NCBI GenBank assembly: GCA_963745235.1
Contig: CAVUXE010000015.1
Coordinates: 64,001-128,000, forward strand
Length of the DNA stretch: 64,000 nt
Source: an uncultured Spirochaetota bacterium
GTDB lineage: Bacteria; Spirochaetota; Spirochaetia; SZUA-6; Fen-1364
Direction of reading: 5' to 3'
Below the pieces are notes generated by a model. That model made no database searches, was not told the DNA's origin, and worked only from the letters and a program-made list of their open reading frames with translations. The first letter of the stretch is position 1. Each line of letters opens with the position of its first letter. Made by a program: the position numbers and the translations under genes. This document shows positions 18,874 through 29,685 of the stretch, piece by piece.

Positions 18874-21619
18874 CAGGCCGCTCTCCCTGCCCGCTCCCGG
18901 TATTCAGAATAGGTGGTGAACGGCTCCTCCAGGGCTTCGTCCCTGGTTGGGTCCAGGAACGCGACAGTATTCCTGGATCTCTTGGCGAAGTACATCGCCT
19001 TGTCGCTTTTCTCCACCGCCCGCGCCAGGTCCGAGCTGTCTGTCACGTCCGCGACGCCGACGGAGAGCGTCCCGCAGGGGTCTCCGCTTGCCCCGGCAAG
19101 CTCCTGCACGTCCCTCATCGACTCACGGCCTCGGACGCCCTGCTCCTGGGCGTAGCGGAGCCTCTCAGCGAGGATGATTCCCGTATGCAGGTCCGAAGGA
19201 ACGAGCACGAGCAGCTCCTCCCCGCCGTAGCGCACGGCAAGGTCGCCCTCCCTGATGTTGTCCAGGATGAGCCTGGCCCGTGGACTTCAGCACTTCGTCT
19301 CCCCGCGTGTGTCCCAGCTCATCGTTCACCCACTTGAAGTGGTCGATGTCGATCATCAGCAGCGTCAGCGGCTTGCCCTGCGCCTTGATCTTCGCGAGCT
19401 TTCTTCGGCAGCTCGTTCAGGAAGTAGTCCTTGTTCTGCAGGCCGGTGAGCGAATCCAGGTAGCGCCCGGGGAACTCTTCCTTGAGCGTGGCCTGCAGTG
19501 TCTCCAGGGAGCCCCTGCCGCGGGCGCCCCGCTCCCGCGCCCATCTCTCCGCCTCCGCGGTAGATGCCAGGACCACTCCGTGCCCTGAGGCGGCCGCAAA
19601 GCTCTTGGGATCGTTCAGGAGATAGTTGTACATCTCCGCGATCCCTCGAAAGACGTCGATGAACCCGATCTGCGCCTTCTGGGGGATGTCCACGACTGAC
19701 TCGTGGAACCGTGCCTCGATCCACCGGCGGATCTGCCGGGTGACGGGGCGGTAGTCCGGTGATGATGTCTGTGATCGCCCGATGTAGTCAACCAACCGGT
19801 GTGTCCCCAGCTCCGCGGCCACCTTGCGGCGCACGGGGTCCTCCGCCGCCAGCAGGTCCTGGTTGATGAACTGCCCGACGTCCGCCAGCATCTCCACCAG
19901 CCGGGCTGCCAGCTCGTGGAGCCGCGGCCCCTCGTAGTGATCAGCTTCACCGATCACGTGACCGAAGTTCCTGATCACCCTGTTGCGCAGGCGGTTGATC
20001 CTCTCCTCGATCCCGCGCGCCCGCTGGCTGTCGCGGAAGATCTTCACGAAGCGCGCATCCCCCTCCATCTCGCGGGCTGAACTCGCGGACCTCATCGAGG
20101 TAGGGATCGAACAGGCGTTCGTACACTTCCGACCAGAGCCCGCGAAGCGTGATCAGCTCGCCCGCAAGGGTCTCCCGCCCCAGCGCCTTCTCCAGGGCGT
20201 ACGGCTCCACCGAGGAGAGAAGGTCGTCCAGGATGGAATGGAATACCATGATCTGCCCGAAAACGTCGGACGCCGACAGGTGCTCCAGGTCAGCGAGCCG
20301 TGACTGGAAAAGCGCCGTGCGCGTGAAGACCCTGTTCACGAAGTAGGGCAGCATGTACTCACCCTGCTCCACGCGCTCCATCCCCGAATCCGGAAAGAGA
20401 GCCGCCAGGATGGCAAGGGTCCCCTCGAACTGGGTGGAGAACTTCTCCGCTTTCTCCCGCTCCAGCCGCTCCAGCTCTCTTGCCTTTTCCTCCGCCAGGG
20501 CGTGCTCCCGCTCTTCACGCGCCTTGCGCTGCCATCCCTCCCATGTCAGAACCTGCTCTTCCCGAACGCCCAGGAACGCAAGGATCCGCTGTCGCTTCTC
20601 GGGGTCCGCGTCGTTCTCCTCGTAGAAGGAGGCGATCATCTTGAGCAGGGCCGGGATACAGCTCATGATTGAACCTGCGAAGGTTCTGGTAGGCCGCGCG
20701 GAACAATCCCTCCGCTTCCGCCAGCGCGGCGGCTTCCTCGGCCCCGGGGTGGAGAAAGAGGTTGGTCTCGCGCACGCTGTCGAACAGCGTCTCCAGCTTG
20801 TCCTTCTCAATCGCCTCCGTCACGAGAATGAGGCGGCAGCCGTCCTTCACCACGCGCGCAGTCTCGGAAATGCGCGCCCGGGCTCCCTCGGCCAGCTTCG
20901 CCTCGATGAAGGCAAGGCTCTTTCTGAGCATCTCCCAGGGTCGGGCGAACTCTCCGAAGAACTCCAGCGCGAAGGGCTCCCGAGAGCGCAGCAGCCTGAC
21001 AACGTCTTCCCCCTGGGCCGCCCCCTCTGTCTCTTCGGGCGGCTCGGGCCCCAGGGGACCTTTTCCCACGAACGTTCGCGCACTGACGCGCAGGGCGTCC
21101 AGGGTGTCGATGAAGGACAACGCGAACGGGTTGCCATCCCTCCCCTCTTTGCGCTCCGCAAGCAGCCGCATGAAGGCGAAGCTGACGAAGTCTTCGCGCG
21201 CGGGATCGAAGAGGCTGAGGAGGTCCTCCACGCGCTCCAGCAGGCGGGTGATGAGGAACCCGTTGCGATAGGCGTAGCGGTTGATTCGCCGGCGAAGCCA
21301 GGGCGGCACCTCGGGCAGCCAGTCGAATGGCGCGCTTGCCAGTCTCCTCGGCCGGTTTCTGCGCCGACGGCAACGGACCGGCTTCCCGGGCGGAGGAGGC
21401 CTTTCGGGGTGTGACCGGTGGAGCCGCCGGTGCGCGTCGTTCCTTGATCGCCTGGGACTTCAGGCGTTCGAGGGCCGCAACTGACCTCCTGCGGGTTTCT
21501 TCCTCTCCGTAGCCTTTCTCACGCAAGTCGCGGTAGACTTTTTCGATCTGTCCTTTCGATACTCCTTGCCGCAGCAGGCTCTCATACAGCGTATTTTTGT
21601 CTTTGTCGTCGGAGGGCAT
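18870..21619 (-). CDS. Large diguanylate cyclase (~900 aa) with an unrecognised N-terminal region, frameshifted in this assembly
   Basis: Consecutive ORF fragments join into one protein ending DSLTGLQN, MIDIDHFKWVND.LGH..GDEVL, RYGGEEL. Confidence 0.75.
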
Positions 21620-21675
21620 ACTCTCTCTTTATCGAGTATAGCCACCTGCGCGGGAGAAGTCGACGGAAGCCGACA

Positions 21676-22545
21676 TCAGGATGCAATCACGGCCGCGGCG
21701 GCCCGAATTTCAGTGATCCTGCCGGAAAAGGCGCAGAGGGTCGTCCGAAAAAGGACGCGCCTGTGGTCTCGGGGGTCTGCCGGCGCGGAAACGCAGGAAA
21801 TCACGCCGGCCCCGGAAGGTGTCGAACCGGGGCGCTCGTCAGGAGGGCGCGGCTGGGGCTCTGTCGCCTGCGCTTCAAACGATTTGACAAGGAGTTGCCC
21901 GCGGCCGTCATCCCGTTCCTCCACGCAGAGGATTCGGTCAGGCACCACGGGGACGCCGGGCTCCGCGCAGGGGCCTTTGCCCGCAATGACTTCCGCGCCT
22001 CTCGGGACCGATGTCAGGTTCCACAGCCACACGCTGGGCGGCACCTGGCGGGAGACCTCCAGCGTCGTTTCCTCGCTGTAACCGGCCTGGCGCAGCCATT
22101 TCGTCCCCCACATGTCGGACATCTCCTGCTCTTCGAGGGACCTGATTTTGCGCTGGATGCGGAACCCCAGCAGCATTCCTGACTTCCACGCGTGGACTTC
22201 GCCCTTGTTCTCCATGGTGAACCCGCTCTTGTCGGGAATCCCCGCATACTTGCCGGGGTCCAGGGCCGGGGGCACCGTCTCGGGGGGAAAGAACTCTTCC
22301 CGGGGCCCCAGCCACATGCGGTCTCCACCCGGGTTGAGCCACCCGTCCTCCTTGGAGCCGATCTCGAGAAGGCGCAGGAAGTCGGGGTTCACCCACAGCG
22401 CGTTTTCTCCCCGCCAATGCGGCCACACGCCCAGGATCCGCCCGTACTCGGGCAGGATCAGGATTGCCCCATCCGCGCCGGACTCGAGCACGGTGTAGTG
22501 GATCCCGAGCCGATTCATGCTGACCACCAGCTCTTCAAGCCCCAT
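21676..22545 (-). CDS. Hypothetical protein (DUF6786-like)
   Basis: YGRILG...WLNPGGDRMWLGP; family assignment is from memory. Confidence 0.6.
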   Translation of the reverse strand: MGLEELVVSMNRLGIHYTVLESGADGAILILPEYGRILGVWPHWRGENALWVNPDFLRLLEIGSKEDGWLNPGGDRMWLGPREEFFPPETVPPALDPGKYAGIPDKSGFTMENKGEVHAWKSGMLLGFRIQRKIRSLEEQEMSDMWGTKWLRQAGYSEETTLEVSRQVPPSVWLWNLTSVPRGAEVIAGKGPCAEPGVPVVPDRILCVEERDDGRGQLLVKSFEAQATEPQPRPPDERPGSTPSGAGVISCVSAPADPRDHRRVLFRTTLCAFSGRITEIRAAAAVIAS

Positions 22546-23005
22546 GCCGCCCCTTCCCGCTCCCCGCGGCGAAGGTCGCCACATCATGGGACATCACCAG
22601 GATTGTGGTGCGTTCTTCCCAGCCGATGCGCTGCCAGAACCGCTTGCCCTCGGCGTTGTCTGCGGCAACGAAGATGTGGCACTTCCTCATGCCGCGGGCG
22701 GCCAGCGCCGCGAGGGACCGTTCAACAAGGGCTTTTCCGATTCCCCGCCGCCTGTGGCTTTTCGCGACTGCGCAGTGGTAGAGGAACCCCCTGCGGCCGT
22801 CGCAGCTTGCAAGCAGCGCGCCCGCCAGGGTGCCATCGTCGGAACGGGCAACGAAGCTGAGCCCCGGATTCTGCGAAAGGAACGACTCGATGTTTTCCCT
22901 CGCATCCGCCGCGCTGAGCCCGATTCCTTCGCTGGCCTCCCACAGCGCATAGGCGGCGTCATAGTCCTCCATCCGGAACTCCCCGAGGCGGAAAGCAGCG
23001 TCCAT
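22535..23005 (-). CDS. GNAT acetyltransferase (YpeA-like)
   Basis: DGRRGFLYHCAV...RRRGIGKAL, FWQRIGW. Confidence 0.9.
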   Translation of the reverse strand: MDAAFRLGEFRMEDYDAAYALWEASEGIGLSAADARENIESFLSQNPGLSFVARSDDGTLAGALLASCDGRRGFLYHCAVAKSHRRRGIGKALVERSLAALAARGMRKCHIFVAADNAEGKRFWQRIGWEERTTILVMSHDVATFAAGSGKGRHGA

Positions 23006-23053
23006 CGGAGAAAGCTATCATGTTTGGTGGATTTTGGGGTATACCATCCAGTC

Positions 23054-24596
23054 ATGGAAACGATCCTGCGCATCGTGAAAGAATCCGGAATCATCGACGC
23101 TGACCAGGCCGGGCTGGAAGGTTTCAAGGCCCGGGGCGCCCAGAGGATCTCGAGGGACAAAGCGTGGATCTATCGCCACTCCATCCAGGCGAGAGGAGGA
23201 GTCCTTCACTTCATCGGTGCGACGGGAGAGGAAAAGAGCCTCTACCTCGTAGGGGAAAAGGCCGTCCCCTCCGGCTTTGAAGGGGTGAGCGCGCGAATAG
23301 CCGGCTTTTCCGTCCTGAAGGCCGCCCTGTCCCCGCGGAACGCGAAGTGTCTCCACGAGGTCTTCCCCTTCACCGCGCCCGTTTCCCTGCGCGAGAGAAA
23401 GACGACCATCGGATGCGGAGACCGCCTGGGGCTGGCAACCGCTGGTCACCTCCGCGCGGCAGCCAGGTATGACATAGCTCCCGTGCTTGCCCAGCAGTCC
23501 ATCAGGGAGCTCACGCTCACCGGGCGGGATTTCCCGGGCGTCGTCGCCGACGCGACGTTCCTCGTCTTCCAGGAGGGCTACGATCGCGGGTACGGGGCGG
23601 ACGGGGACCACCTCAAGACAATCCAGGACATAGATGCTGCCCTGGCGGCAGGGATGCCCATGATCACCCTCGATCTGAGCGATGTCATGTCCGCGGCGCC
23701 CGCTTCCTGGAGCCCGGGAAAAGTGGACGAAGAGTTTGAAAAGCTGGGCGAGGGAGCGCGATCCCACGTGCTGCGGGAGTACGCGGACAAGACCTTCCGT
23801 CCGGGCGGGACGGAAATCCGTTTCAGCGCCATCGAGGCGAAGCGATGCGCCCTCATGTACCTCCGCGCGCTCGATTTTTCGAAGGACGTGGACAGCCACA
23901 TCCGGGCCAGGCGGGGGGACCTGTATGACCTGGAGATCAGCATAGATGAGACAACCGCTCCGACCCTGCCGGAGCATCACCTGTTCATCGCAGAGGAGCT
24001 TGCTCTTCGCCGGGTCATGGTCAGCTCCCTGGCCCCGCGCTTCATCGGCGAGTTCCAGAAGGGGATCGACTACATCGGAAACGTGGACGATTTCGAGAGG
24101 CAGTTCGCGGTCCACTGCGAGATCGCGAAGGCTGCAGGGGGATACAAGATCTCCATCCACTCCGGAAGCGACAAGTTCTCGGTCTATCCCGCAATCGGCA
24201 GGCACACGGGAATGCGCCTGCACCTGAAAACAGCGGGGACGAGCTGGCTCCAGGCCGTGCTCGTCATTGCCAGGGTCAATCCCAGCCTCTTCCGACGCAT
24301 GCTCGCCGCGGCGGTTGCGTCATTTGCTGAGGCGGCGAAGCTCTACCAGGTCAGCACGGATCTGTCGGCAGTCCCGAACGCCCGGGACCTTTCTGATGCC
24401 GAGCTTCCCGGATTGCTCGACGCCAGGGACCCCCGCCAACTCCTGCACATCACCTACGGGGGACTCCTGAATGACCCGGGGATCCGCGCCGGGATATTCC
24501 AGACCCTGTCGGCAAAACGAGGACCTGCACTACTCCGCCGTGGAGCAGCACATGGAGAAGCACATACGGCTCCTGGGAGCACGCCCTCTCATCTGA
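23054..24596 (+). CDS. uxaE: Tagaturonate/fructuronate epimerase (one frameshift at ~24515)
   Basis: GDRLGLA, AQQSIRE, GADGDHLK, EISIDET, FQKGIDY, SIHSGSDK, HLKTAGT. Confidence 0.9.
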
Positions 24597-24620
24597 GTGT
24601 CCGCCCCCGCCCCGCAACGC

Positions 24621-25730
24621 TCAGTGGATTGCGCCGCAGCGATCCTTCAGGAACCCACCTGAGCGGTGCTCCAGGACCGCCTTGATCTCAGCGACGATCG
24701 ATACCGCAATCTCCTCCGGCGTCTCAGCGCCTATGTCGAGCCCGATGGGAGCATGGAGCTTGCGGAGGTGATCCGGACCGGGCTTGAATCCCTGTTTTTC
24801 CAGCGCCTGGAGAATTGTCTGGAGCTTGCTGCGGGGACCAAGGAGACCGACATACCTGGCCGGGGAGACAAGGAGGGCGCGCAGGAGGTTCCTGTCCCTC
24901 TCGAAGTTGTGTGTCATGATAACCGCGGCATGTCCGTCGCCCAAGACGAGGTCTGTCGGGAGGTCCTCAGCCACCAGCAGCGAGTCCGCGTCCGGGAAAT
25001 TGGACCGGGATGCGGACGCGGGACGATGATCGACAACCGTCACATGCCAGCCCAGGCTCTTCGCTGCCTCCACGAGGGGAATGGCGTCCGCCCCGGCGCC
25101 GAAGATGACAAGGGGCAGGGGTGGGGAAATCAGCTCGAAGAAGACTTCAACCTCTCCCGCTGAAGAGGCGAAGGTTTTCGGGGTCGATGAAGGACCCGGT
25201 GTCCCTTTCGCGTCCGCATCGATTTCCGAAAGCAGATGAGCATCCCCGATGGTTGCGTCCACCCTCTGTCCGCCGCGCACGGCCAGGAAATCCCCCAGAC
25301 GCGCGCGGTCGGGGCTGCCGCTGCCCACAACCGTGGCCAAAGTCAGGGGGTATCGATTTTCGATGCACGCGCGCAGGAGCTCGAGCTTTTTTCCCGTTGA
25401 TTGAGCGTCGCCCGGTTCCAGGAGGACTTCGACGATCCCATTGCAGCCGAGGCCCAGCCCGAAAACGATGTCGGCTGAAGACGTGGTGTCGTACCTGACC
25501 AGCCTCGGCTTTCCGGAGGAAATAACCTCCTTCGCCCGCTCGGCAAGGTCTGCTTCGAAACACGAGGCATTGATCAAGCCGGCGATGCGGCCATTCTCGG
25601 AGAAAAGCATCCGGGCCCCTGGTCTTCGGTAGGTCGAACCATGTGCTCGCACCACTGTCGCCAGGGCGTAGTGCGTCCCATCCTGCTTCATGCGGCCGAA
25701 AGCCCTGACGATGTCCTGGGTTTCTTTCAT
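24621..25730 (-). CDS. xdhC: XdhC/CoxI Moco-insertion accessory protein
   Basis: GSTYRRPGARM, GLGCNG, FGAGADA, MTHN, APIGLDIGAETPEEIA. Confidence 0.93.
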   Translation of the reverse strand: MKETQDIVRAFGRMKQDGTHYALATVVRAHGSTYRRPGARMLFSENGRIAGLINASCFEADLAERAKEVISSGKPRLVRYDTTSSADIVFGLGLGCNGIVEVLLEPGDAQSTGKKLELLRACIENRYPLTLATVVGSGSPDRARLGDFLAVRGGQRVDATIGDAHLLSEIDADAKGTPGPSSTPKTFASSAGEVEVFFELISPPLPLVIFGAGADAIPLVEAAKSLGWHVTVVDHRPASASRSNFPDADSLLVAEDLPTDLVLGDGHAAVIMTHNFERDRNLLRALLVSPARYVGLLGPRSKLQTILQALEKQGFKPGPDHLRKLHAPIGLDIGAETPEEIAVSIVAEIKAVLEHRSGGFLKDRCGAIH

Positions 25731-25781
25731 TTCCAGAAACAAACATCGCCGCAATTCGATTCGCGGTCAATGACATAAAGA

Positions 25782-25810
25782 TTGACTTCTACATCAGATG
25801 ATCATATAAT
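25782..25810 (+). promoter_or_regulatory. ABC operon promoter with an operator candidate in the spacer
   Basis: TTGACT-17-TATAAT; TCAGAT-G-ATCATA at 25794-25806. Confidence 0.8.
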
Positions 25811-25967
25811 GCGCTGCTACTGCGGCTGAAATCATCACAATACAAAAAAAGGAGGACCGAATGAGCTAGGGGACAGTCATCGGCGCATTCTTGCAAGGAG
25901 TCTTCCGATAGTTGGATCAGCATCACGGCTGAGGGGAGTCATGCAGTCTTCAAGAGGAGGATGGGAG

Positions 25968-27053
25968 ATGAAAAGCAGGCTTTCAGTAGTAATCTGCGTA
26001 GCTCTGATCTTTGGACTTGCATTCACGTTTTCAGCGAGCGCGGGCGGTCAGAAAGAGGGAGGCGGACAGTCGACCATGATGGCGGCAAAGCCGCTGCCGG
26101 TTGTCGGCATTTCCACGGGTTCGTCGGGCACCCAGTGGCGCGACGAAATGATCGATTCCTTGAAGCAGATCGGGGATGAATACAAGGCCGCCGGAAAGAT
26201 CAAGGATTACAAGATCGTCAACAACGTCACCAACGGCGACGCAACCGAGCAGGCGAACATCATCAGGAACTTCATTTCGCAGGGTGTCAACATCATCATG
26301 CTGAACCCCAATTCGCCTGATGCGCTCAACGGCGTGATCAAGGAAGCCCAGGCCGCCGGGATCATGGTCATTTCTTTCGACGCCACGGTCACGGCGCCCA
26401 ACATGCTCAAGGTCACCCTGGACCACTATGCATGGGCATACAAGTGGGCTGACTGGATATGCAAGAGCATGCAGAGCGGCAATGTCGTCGACATCTACGG
26501 ACTTCCGGGGCACCCCGCCAACAACGACCGCCTGAAGGCAGAAGCGGACGTCGTGAAGAAGTATCCGAACATTCACGAGATCGCCTCCGCCAGCGGCTAC
26601 TGGGATGAAACCAAGGCAAAGGAGGCCGCGGCGCAGATCATTGCCTCCGGTCAGCAGATCGACGGCGTGTTCACGCAGGACGGCATGGCGTACGGCGTGC
26701 TGCAGGCGTTCCTGGATGCCGGAAAGCTGCCGAAGTACATGTATGCGGATCCGAGCACTGTATCCTTCAAGGAGTGGAAGAGCCTCCTGGATCAGGGCAA
26801 GGATATCAACTGGATCACCGAGAACAACCCCCCCGGCATTGGCGGCACCGCTTTCCGGATGGCTATCAGCCTCTATAACGGAAAGAAGTTCAAGGACAAC
26901 GTCCTGAAGGACGGCGTCTACTACTACTCCAACACGGTCGTGATCACCAAGGACAATTTCGACCAGGGCTGGGCGCTGTTGAAGGACAAGCCGGATACCT
27001 ATCTCTTGAACAACGTCATGAGCCAGGCGGACGTGGATGCTCTCTATCAGTAG
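25968..27053 (+). CDS. CUT2 (ribose-type) ABC substrate-binding protein
   Basis: Signal ending ASAGGQKE; periplasmic binding protein type 1 pattern. Confidence 0.9.
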   Translation: MKSRLSVVICVALIFGLAFTFSASAGGQKEGGGQSTMMAAKPLPVVGISTGSSGTQWRDEMIDSLKQIGDEYKAAGKIKDYKIVNNVTNGDATEQANIIRNFISQGVNIIMLNPNSPDALNGVIKEAQAAGIMVISFDATVTAPNMLKVTLDHYAWAYKWADWICKSMQSGNVVDIYGLPGHPANNDRLKAEADVVKKYPNIHEIASASGYWDETKAKEAAAQIIASGQQIDGVFTQDGMAYGVLQAFLDAGKLPKYMYADPSTVSFKEWKSLLDQGKDINWITENNPPGIGGTAFRMAISLYNGKKFKDNVLKDGVYYYSNTVVITKDNFDQGWALLKDKPDTYLLNNVMSQADVDALYQ

Positions 27054-27090
27054 AGCCTGACCCGGTTCACAAGAACATCGACCTGGATTG

Positions 27091-27116
27091 CGGGAGACGG
27101 GCCTTCCCGTCTCCCG
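27091..27116 (+). terminator. Stem-loop after the SBP gene (attenuating or stabilising)
   Basis: CGGGAGACGGG-CCTT-CCCGTCTCCCG followed by TTCCTT. Confidence 0.7.
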
Positions 27117-27136
27117 TTCCTTATGATAGGACGGTC

Positions 27137-28654
27137 ATGGTGAAAATCCTCGAGGCAAAAGGAATCAAGAAGAGATTCGGAGGCGTTGTCGCGCTTTCCA
27201 ACGGGAATCTGTCCGCCCAGACAGGGCAGATCACCGGTCTCCTGGGCGCCAACGGTTCGGGGAAAAGCACCATGTCGAAAATAATCGCCGGCGTCTACAG
27301 CGCGGACGCGGGTGAGGTGATCTACGACAGGAAGGTGGTCCACTACGCGAACCCGCACGAGGCCCGCAGCAACGGCATTGCGATGGTCTACCAGAACCTG
27401 AGCCTGGTTGCGAACCTGACCGTGTGGCAGAATATCGTCCTGGGCGCGGAGGAAAAGCGGGGGCTTCTCCTGGACGACAGGCAGTCCCGGGAGCTTTCCC
27501 GGGAAATCGTGGAGCAGCTTCTCCCCGGACTGGACATCCGACGCACCATTGACAGCCTCAGCCCGGGGGAAATGCAGATCGTGGAGATTGCGAAGGCAAT
27601 CTCGAAGCGGCCCCGGCTGCTGATCCTGGACGAGCCGACCGCCGCGCTGGAGCTTGCGCAGGTGAAGAGCCTGTTCTCACACATGCGGAATCTCGCGGCG
27701 CAGGGGATCGCAATTGTCTTCACGTCCCACCGGCTGTGGGAAGTCATGGAGATCTGCGACGACACGGTCGTTTTCAGAAACGGAGAGAACGTCGCGCAGG
27801 TGGACCTGAACCGGGACGGACGGGACCCGGAGAAGATCATCAGTCACATCACCGGTGAAACCGCCAGGACGCGCCAGAAGACAACCCTGCGCGCGGCAAA
27901 CACCGGCGCAAGCGTTCTGAAAGTCAGCAACCTGGGCTACGGCACGGTCCTGCGAAACGTCTCGTTTGACCTCAAGAAGGGTGAAATCCTGGGAATCGGG
28001 GGACTGGCCGAGCAGGGGCAGAGGGAGCTCATGCTGGCGCTCGCCGGCTACTACCCTGAAACGAGCGGCGAGGTTGAGCTGGAAGGGCGAAGGATCAGGC
28101 TGTCGCATCCGGCTGCCGCGGTCCGAAACCGAATCCTGCTTGTCCCCGGAGACAGGGAGTCCGAGGGCCTGTTCCTGCGGCACTCGATCTTTTCCAACAT
28201 CGTGTTCCCCCGACTCGGCGCGCGTGGGCACCCTCTCTTCACCCCTTTCTCGAAATACAAGGAAGAGTGCAGGAAGACAATCGACACACTCACCATCCGC
28301 ACAGCCGGGCTGGACATGCCCGTGCGCACGCTGTCGGGGGGAAACCAGCAGAAGGTGGTGGTCGGCAAATGGCTGTCCTTCGACACGAAGGTGCTCCTGC
28401 TCTCGGACCCGGCCAAGGGGGTCGACGTGGGCGCGAAGCGGGACCTCTATGACTACATCACCCGGCGGGTGCGGGAAGACGCCATGAGCGTGATCCTCTA
28501 CGCCAGCGACAACGAGGAGCTGGTCGACTTCTGTGACCGCGTGATGATCATGTACGAGGGGCAGATTGTCGCGACACTCGAAGGAGAGGCAATCAACGCT
28601 GACAGGATAATCGAGAGCTCGATGCATGTCGGGAACCGGCAGGAGGACAGGTGA
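27137..28654 (+). CDS. CUT2 ABC ATPase (two domains)
   Basis: GANGSGKST, DEPT, LSGGNQQK. Confidence 0.94.
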   Translation: MVKILEAKGIKKRFGGVVALSNGNLSAQTGQITGLLGANGSGKSTMSKIIAGVYSADAGEVIYDRKVVHYANPHEARSNGIAMVYQNLSLVANLTVWQNIVLGAEEKRGLLLDDRQSRELSREIVEQLLPGLDIRRTIDSLSPGEMQIVEIAKAISKRPRLLILDEPTAALELAQVKSLFSHMRNLAAQGIAIVFTSHRLWEVMEICDDTVVFRNGENVAQVDLNRDGRDPEKIISHITGETARTRQKTTLRAANTGASVLKVSNLGYGTVLRNVSFDLKKGEILGIGGLAEQGQRELMLALAGYYPETSGEVELEGRRIRLSHPAAAVRNRILLVPGDRESEGLFLRHSIFSNIVFPRLGARGHPLFTPFSKYKEECRKTIDTLTIRTAGLDMPVRTLSGGNQQKVVVGKWLSFDTKVLLLSDPAKGVDVGAKRDLYDYITRRVREDAMSVILYASDNEELVDFCDRVMIMYEGQIVATLEGEAINADRIIESSMHVGNRQEDR

Positions 28655-29685
28655 AACCAACGAACACCCGCAGGCTTGCCTCTCTGGTTTCCATGGTCGT
28701 CAGGCCGGAGTACTCCAGCCTGCTGATCCTGGTGGTGATGGTTGCCATTGCGGCCGCGCTCCAGAGGAACTTCTTTCAAGGCCCCTCCCTGCTCCTGACA
28801 ATCGACGCCTTCGGCCCGCTCATCCTGCTGACCATGGGCCAGGCCGTCGTGATGGTTACCGGGCTCTTCGACCTTTCCTCCGGCGCCGCCCTCTCCCTCT
28901 ACACATGCATCCTCACGTACGTGATGAGGACTGATCAGCCGGCAACCGGCATTGCAGCCATCCTCATAACGTTTGTCGCCGCGGTTGCCGTGGGAATCAT
29001 CAACGGTTTCGGCGCCGGCTACCTGCGCGTCTCCCCGGTCGTCGTGACGTTTGCGACATCTTTCCTCTGGCTGGGCATCGGCCTGTTTCTCCGACCCACG
29101 CCGGGCGGACAGAGTGTCAACTGGTTCAACGCCTTCTACGACCTGCGCAATGTGGACGGCATGCCGTCGTTCCTGAAGTCCGTGAGCTCCGTGGTGCCGC
29201 CGGTGCTCATCCTGATACTCCTGGGCTGCCTGTTCTGGTACTTCCTCAGCAAGGCCCGCACGGGCCGGTATCTCTACGCGGTGGGCGGGAACGAGGAGAG
29301 CGCGTATCGAAGCGGGATAAACACGGCCCGCGTCCAGATCATCGCCTACGTCATCAACTCGGTCTTCATCTTCCTGGCCGCCCTCTTCTTCGTCGGTCAG
29401 AATCAATCAGGGGACGCGCGCTTCGGGGACCCGTTCACGCTGCGAACCATAGCCTCTGCCGTTGTCGGCGGGATAGCCCTGACGGGCGGCCGGGGCAGCA
29501 TTTTCTTCGCGATCGTCGGTGCCCTCATCATCAATCTCGTCAACAAGATCATCTTCTTCGCCAACATCCCCTACGCCTACGGGACCCTGGTGGCCGGGGT
29601 CATCGTCATCGTCGCCATCGGCGGCGCGCAGCTGTACTCCGCCTATGGGAAGCGGGCTGCCTCGAAGGGACGGGTACAACGGTGA
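28651..29685 (+). CDS. CUT2 ABC permease
   Basis: DLSSG, GRYLYAVGGNEESA, GG..L.GGRG. Confidence 0.92.
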   Translation: MKPTNTRRLASLVSMVVRPEYSSLLILVVMVAIAAALQRNFFQGPSLLLTIDAFGPLILLTMGQAVVMVTGLFDLSSGAALSLYTCILTYVMRTDQPATGIAAILITFVAAVAVGIINGFGAGYLRVSPVVVTFATSFLWLGIGLFLRPTPGGQSVNWFNAFYDLRNVDGMPSFLKSVSSVVPPVLILILLGCLFWYFLSKARTGRYLYAVGGNEESAYRSGINTARVQIIAYVINSVFIFLAALFFVGQNQSGDARFGDPFTLRTIASAVVGGIALTGGRGSIFFAIVGALIINLVNKIIFFANIPYAYGTLVAGVIVIVAIGGAQLYSAYGKRAASKGRVQR

